DNA of 64,000 nt from an uncultured Anaerolineales bacterium (GTDB lineage: Bacteria > Chloroflexota > Anaerolineae > Anaerolineales > UBA11858), in contig CAYTKR010000007.1 of assembly GCA_964438295.1 (NCBI GenBank), positions 522 to 64,521 of the forward strand, given 5' to 3'. This document shows, piece by piece, positions 60,214 to 64,000 of this stretch; positions within the stretch are counted from its first letter, which is position 1; each line of letters opens with the position of its first letter. The position numbers were made by a program, and so were the translations under genes. The notes beneath the pieces were generated by a model that did not search any database, was not told the origin of the DNA, and saw only the letters and a program-made list of their open reading frames with translations.

Positions 60214-61128
60214 TTAGTGCAGACAGATAGGTTTGATGGTCACTTGCTCTTGAATAAATGCCGCGATGTTTGCGATTGCCTGTCGGGCTTCTGGGATGAA
60301 CGCCGCCCCTAAATGGAAAACATGGAACATCCCTTTCCAAATTTCAAGTTTGACATCCACTCCTGCGCTACGAGCGCGCTCTGCAATACCCGTTGAATCA
60401 TCGAGTAAAACTTCTTTTGTGCCTACCTGAATAAACAAGGATGGCAATCCGGAGAGGTCAGCATAGAGTGGGGAGATATAAGGGGTCTTGAGATCATACT
60501 CACCGGCGTAATTCCTAGCTGTTGTTCGCATGAACTCGGCAGAATTTATGAAATCGTCCTTATCTTTGTTTCTCATCGAATCGCTGCTGCCTGTCAGGTC
60601 TGTCCACGGAGAGATGCATGACATCGCCGCAGGGAGCGGTGATCCCTGGTCACGAAGTTTCAGCGCAGTCGCCAATGCTAGCCCACCACCACAAGAATCT
60701 CCTGCGATGGAGATGCTCTTTTGGTGATACCCTTCAGATAACAGCCATTGATACGCGCGTACGGCGTCTTCCAATGCAGCTGGATATGGATCTTCAGGAG
60801 CTAAGCGATAGTCAAGCGAAAGACACTGCATCTTTGCCTTCCGCCCCAAACGAGAAATCAGATCGCGGTGGGGATTGCCATAATTTAGATAGTAAGCACC
60901 TCCATGCAGATAAAGGATGACCTGCTCTTGATTGACCCCTGGAGTGCTAATCCATTCTGCAGGTCTGTTTCCCACTCGTATTGGTTCACAGAGTACATCA
61001 CGGGCGAGTTTAACCGCCTGGCCATATTTTTCCATTTTGGCACGCTGCACATCAATGGAAGGATCCTTGTAAAAATCTGCCATCTGATTGCGCATTACGA
61101 AGGCAGCGATCACAGCTTGTAGGCTCAT
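60214..61128 (-). CDS. Alpha/beta hydrolase, hormone-sensitive-lipase-type esterase
   Basis: LHGGAY oxyanion block, GDSCGG nucleophile elbow and a C-terminal His block. ATGA overlap with the SDR gene. Confidence 0.8.
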   Translation of the reverse strand: MSLQAVIAAFVMRNQMADFYKDPSIDVQRAKMEKYGQAVKLARDVLCEPIRVGNRPAEWISTPGVNQEQVILYLHGGAYYLNYGNPHRDLISRLGRKAKMQCLSLDYRLAPEDPYPAALEDAVRAYQWLLSEGYHQKSISIAGDSCGGGLALATALKLRDQGSPLPAAMSCISPWTDLTGSSDSMRNKDKDDFINSAEFMRTTARNYAGEYDLKTPYISPLYADLSGLPSLFIQVGTKEVLLDDSTGIAERARSAGVDVKLEIWKGMFHVFHLGAAFIPEARQAIANIAAFIQEQVTIKPICLH

Positions 61129-61931
61129 GAACCCTCTCCATCACTCCAACCGTATTCTCGGAAGAAATAGCGCGTGGTTTTGTAGTACAGTGACCCAGGA
61201 ACCAGGTTTCGGAAAAAGATCTGCATTTTCGTCAGCCAATCAGGAACGCAGATGACCTTATTCTTTTTTAGACAGCGCAGCGAACTTTCCACCACTTTGT
61301 CTGGGGATATCCACTGGAAGGGCCCCCAGTCGACGATTGCTTCCTCGGGAATGCCCAGCCTGGTGTGCATATCTGTCTTGGTCAACCCCGGACAGACCAC
61401 TTGAACCTGGACGCCTGTCCCAACCAATTCCATGTGTAATGACTCTGTCCAGGCGCGCAGGAAGGCCTTTGTCCCGCTGTAAACGGCCGTTTTGGGCGAT
61501 GGTAGAAAAGCTCCCAGAGAACCAACATTGATGATGATGCCCGATCCCTTTTCGATCATTTTGGGTAACAAGGCGTGGACGATCTTCATGTGGGCGATGA
61601 TATGAGCGCTGACCATCTTTTCCTGGAGTTCGAGAGGTTCCTGGTGAAATAGCTTCGTTGTGCCGAACCCGGCGTTGTTGACCAGGAAATCTATTTGGTG
61701 TCCCTTGATGTTATGGATGAACTCCTCGACCTCTTTGGGCTCTGACAGTTCAATAAGGATCACCTCGACCTCACAACCATGGGCATGGGTGAGCTCTTCA
61801 GCCAGAGTCTGAATCACCTCTTTTCTTCTGCCAGTGACGACCAAGTCGAAACCATTTTCGGCCAGCTTGCGGGCATAGGCGGCACCGATGCCACTAGTAG
61901 CTCCGGTTATCAGGGCTGATTGAGTAGTCAT
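61125..61931 (-). CDS. SDR-family oxidoreductase
   Basis: TGATSGIG, NNAG and YSGTKAF motifs. Confidence 0.85.
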   Translation of the reverse strand: MTTQSALITGATSGIGAAYARKLAENGFDLVVTGRRKEVIQTLAEELTHAHGCEVEVILIELSEPKEVEEFIHNIKGHQIDFLVNNAGFGTTKLFHQEPLELQEKMVSAHIIAHMKIVHALLPKMIEKGSGIIINVGSLGAFLPSPKTAVYSGTKAFLRAWTESLHMELVGTGVQVQVVCPGLTKTDMHTRLGIPEEAIVDWGPFQWISPDKVVESSLRCLKKNKVICVPDWLTKMQIFFRNLVPGSLYYKTTRYFFREYGWSDGEGS

Positions 61932-61946
61932 AATTTTCTTTCCTCT

Positions 61947-63590
61947 TTAGGAAGTAGCCCGATTCAATATCTCTACAGCTCCCTGTCCTCCATCCACACG
62001 TACGAGGTCGCCATCTTTGAGTATCGAAGTGGCATTAAAACAGCCCACCACCGCCGGGATACCTAGCTCACGGGCTACGATGGCGGCGTGCGAAAGTGGT
62101 GCGCCCACGTCAGTGATCACTGCTGCGGCGCGCGGGAAGATGGGCGTCCAGCCGACATTGGTGGTGATGGCGACCAGGATTTCGCCCGGATGGAGCTGCT
62201 CCCCCTCCTCGGGGGAGCGAATAATGCGCACTCGTCCCTCGGCCAAACCAGCAGAACCTGGCAATCCCGCGATCTGCTTGGTGATATGCGGTTTTAGTAT
62301 TCCAGTGGCATCGAAAATATCCGTGCGCCGATCGGGGTCCGCGGCCCATTCAACTGGATCGAATCGTCCCATGATAATTGTGGGATACTGTGGCAAAGAA
62401 TTAAACTTATCGTAGGCCGCTTTACGCGCCGGGACCTGTTCAACAATTTCATTTCGTGTAGAGAGTAGGTTGATTACTTCGTCATGTTCCAAGAAGAAAG
62501 CATCTTCATTTAATCCTAGCAATTTACCAGCGCGCAACACGAAGCTGCGCGAGACCCAGAAAGCTCGGATGCCTTCGGAGCGCCCTGTTTCGCGTAAGCG
62601 AGTCAGGCGGGCGGCTTCCTTTAGTCTCTTTTGTAGCGATTCAAATGTTTTTGGAGTGCTTTTTCCCAGATTGGACAGAGCATTTTCATAGCGCAAGCGC
62701 TGCTCCTGTAATAACGTTTCAACATTAAGCGGCGCATATTCAAGATTATCTAATTGTTTTTCGATCCAGTTGGGGTCCTCTGCCGGACGGGGAATAGATA
62801 TCTCCGCTTCGTGCGGCCCACGATGCCCGTAGGCTTTGATATAGGCTTCGCGACTCATTTGCCCTCGGCGCAGTCGGTCCAGGCCAGCCACAATCCCCAG
62901 GCTGGCAAGAACCTCGTCTTCTGTGCTGACATTCGAAAGAAGGGCAACCGTATCGTCCGGACTGACAATCTTCGATAGATCGGCGCGTAGTTTACTGATG
63001 GCGTTTGAGAGTGTTATGGCAGGGCTAACCATCACCCAGAAGCATCGCATCATATAGGGCAGAAGTACTTCATCAGACCAGCGAATCAATTCTCCTTCAT
63101 CCATCTTCTCCACGATGGCATGCTGTGTATCACACCAGGCTGGGTTAGAAATCGAAAAAGATTCGATATCTTTCAAGCCTTTATTTACATTCGATATGAT
63201 CTGAATCGCATTTCGAACCACAAGCGCTCGATCACGAAATTTGGTTGGGATATAGGGAACATTCCAATCGTCTATATCGTTAGGATCGATGCCGTAGAGC
63301 TCTTTGCTGGAAGCATCGAAGGAGTTCTTCTGGCCCAGAAATTTGAAGGCCGTAGCTGCCGCGCTACCATTGTTATAGATGCGGCCACAAATATTGCCAA
63401 CTGGTAGGTACCCGGGCAGCATCATCATCTGAGAGAACCCATTCCGCAATGCGGACCATGAATAGGGCGTCATCACATCGGGAGATGCTTCGCGCGTATT
63501 GACGCTGGACCAGAGATAATCTCCGGCAGTGCTGTCGTTCCACTCACCGGTTTCTGGGTTGTAGCCGTTGATCTTGTACATATCAGACAC
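61947..63590 (-). CDS. PEP-utilising-enzyme mobile-domain protein, ATP-grasp-less RPH-like (paralogue 1)
   Basis: Collinear with 58568-60178: GDYLWSSVNTREASPDVMTPYSWS at the N-terminus and TDVGAPLSHAAIVARELGIPAVVG at the C-terminus. Confidence 0.7.
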   Translation of the reverse strand: MSDMYKINGYNPETGEWNDSTAGDYLWSSVNTREASPDVMTPYSWSALRNGFSQMMMLPGYLPVGNICGRIYNNGSAAATAFKFLGQKNSFDASSKELYGIDPNDIDDWNVPYIPTKFRDRALVVRNAIQIISNVNKGLKDIESFSISNPAWCDTQHAIVEKMDEGELIRWSDEVLLPYMMRCFWVMVSPAITLSNAISKLRADLSKIVSPDDTVALLSNVSTEDEVLASLGIVAGLDRLRRGQMSREAYIKAYGHRGPHEAEISIPRPAEDPNWIEKQLDNLEYAPLNVETLLQEQRLRYENALSNLGKSTPKTFESLQKRLKEAARLTRLRETGRSEGIRAFWVSRSFVLRAGKLLGLNEDAFFLEHDEVINLLSTRNEIVEQVPARKAAYDKFNSLPQYPTIIMGRFDPVEWAADPDRRTDIFDATGILKPHITKQIAGLPGSAGLAEGRVRIIRSPEEGEQLHPGEILVAITTNVGWTPIFPRAAAVITDVGAPLSHAAIVARELGIPAVVGCFNATSILKDGDLVRVDGGQGAVEILNRATS

Positions 63591-63643
63591 TCCCTACACG
63601 TTGCTGAAGAAATTGGATCATAGTAACGAAGCTCCGTCTTTCC

Positions 63644-64000
63644 CTAGGTTCCAGATGTCTCCTTCTGGGTAGGAAATATGCTGCCTAAAATGCTGCGGAG
63701 CCACATAACCACGTGCCAAATTGCTGCTCCGGCCAGTAGGTACAAGACCCAATCGATGGGTGAGCGGTATCTGGGCATATAAGCCACAAAATAATAGACC
63801 AAAGGATAGGTCGCCAGGGGGATCAGCAGGCCAGCTCGCTGAGGAATTGTGATCCCACGAAATGAAAGCCAAGCCCCTAAGATCGCCAGCACGGTCAGCG
63901 CGCTGACCCCAAGCATGGCTTCAGGCTTGTGCAGGGGACCAAACCAGAGATTGGTTGCTCGAAGGACTGTCAAGCGGGAAAATTCCACCGGATTCGCTTT
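63644..64000 (-). CDS. C-terminal fragment of a polytopic membrane protein (ArnT/PMT GT39/GT83-like tail), 5' end beyond the window
   Basis: The frame remains open to nt 64000. Hydrophobic helices and the '..YMPRYRSPIDWVLYLLAG' tail are typical of such glycosyltransferases. The assignment is weak. Confidence 0.4.
   Translation of the reverse strand, partial: KANPVEFSRLTVLRATNLWFGPLHKPEAMLGVSALTVLAILGAWLSFRGITIPQRAGLLIPLATYPLVYYFVAYMPRYRSPIDWVLYLLAGAAIWHVVMWLRSILGSIFPTQKETSGT

Noticed and set aside
60179-60340. A 54-codon N-terminal extension of the PEP-domain gene in the ORF track (start at 60340).
   Set aside because: It would overlap the 3' end of the esterase gene by 127 nt. It encodes an Arg/Pro-rich non-homologous peptide. 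The paralogue aligns from the internal MNITNNEW.. start at 60178.

Overview
This is a moderate-GC bacterial chromosomal segment. Gene content and repeat families resemble a filamentous Chloroflexota (Anaerolineae-like) genome, but that taxonomy is only a guess. There are no rRNA or tRNA genes and no CRISPR array.

Layout from left to right:
1. 1-16417 (+): a block of large secreted proteins. It holds a beta-propeller/di-haem peroxidase fusion, an orphan 1123-aa protein, three tandem paralogues of a LamG/DUF1080-like domain plus BNR (Asp-box) propeller, and a pentahaem cytochrome. A decayed IS200/RAYT-type Y1 transposase flanked by REP-like hairpins interrupts the block.
2. 16456-26533 (-): six back-to-back 7TM-PAS-HisKA_2 sensor kinases arranged as three (B,A) pairs, with no response regulator. 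This is the most unusual feature in the window.
3. 26682-37578 (-): a LacI-controlled sugar locus with an ABC importer, a GH38 alpha-mannosidase, a GT4-like protein and a GH13_18 sugar phosphorylase. Two perfect palindromic operators sit upstream.
4. 37632-41484 (-): a lipoprotein, an SDR and a PT-linker secreted protein.
5. 41663-49250 (-): a cobalamin-riboswitch-led operon in the order btuF-like, cobT, cobS, bcp, cobC, cobQ, cobU, EamA.
6. 49372-53610 (-): small enzymes, including an MBL hydrolase killed by one in-frame TAA, plus a NarL-type two-component pair.
7. 53611-54330: a 720-bp structured non-coding gap, followed by an orphan family-5 solute-binding protein.
8. 57260-63590 (-): an MFS transporter plus an operon of two ATP-grasp-less, rifampicin-phosphotransferase-like PEP-mobile-domain proteins with an SDR and an esterase.

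Superimposed on these genes are several small repeat families. One is a CCTTCGA...CTCAGGRCARGC element that has inserted in-frame into two genes. Another is a set of heptanucleotide tandem repeats, one tract of which lies inside the B12 riboswitch. A third is a family of GC-rich intercistronic palindromes.

All functional calls come from motif recognition by eye. No database search was run.
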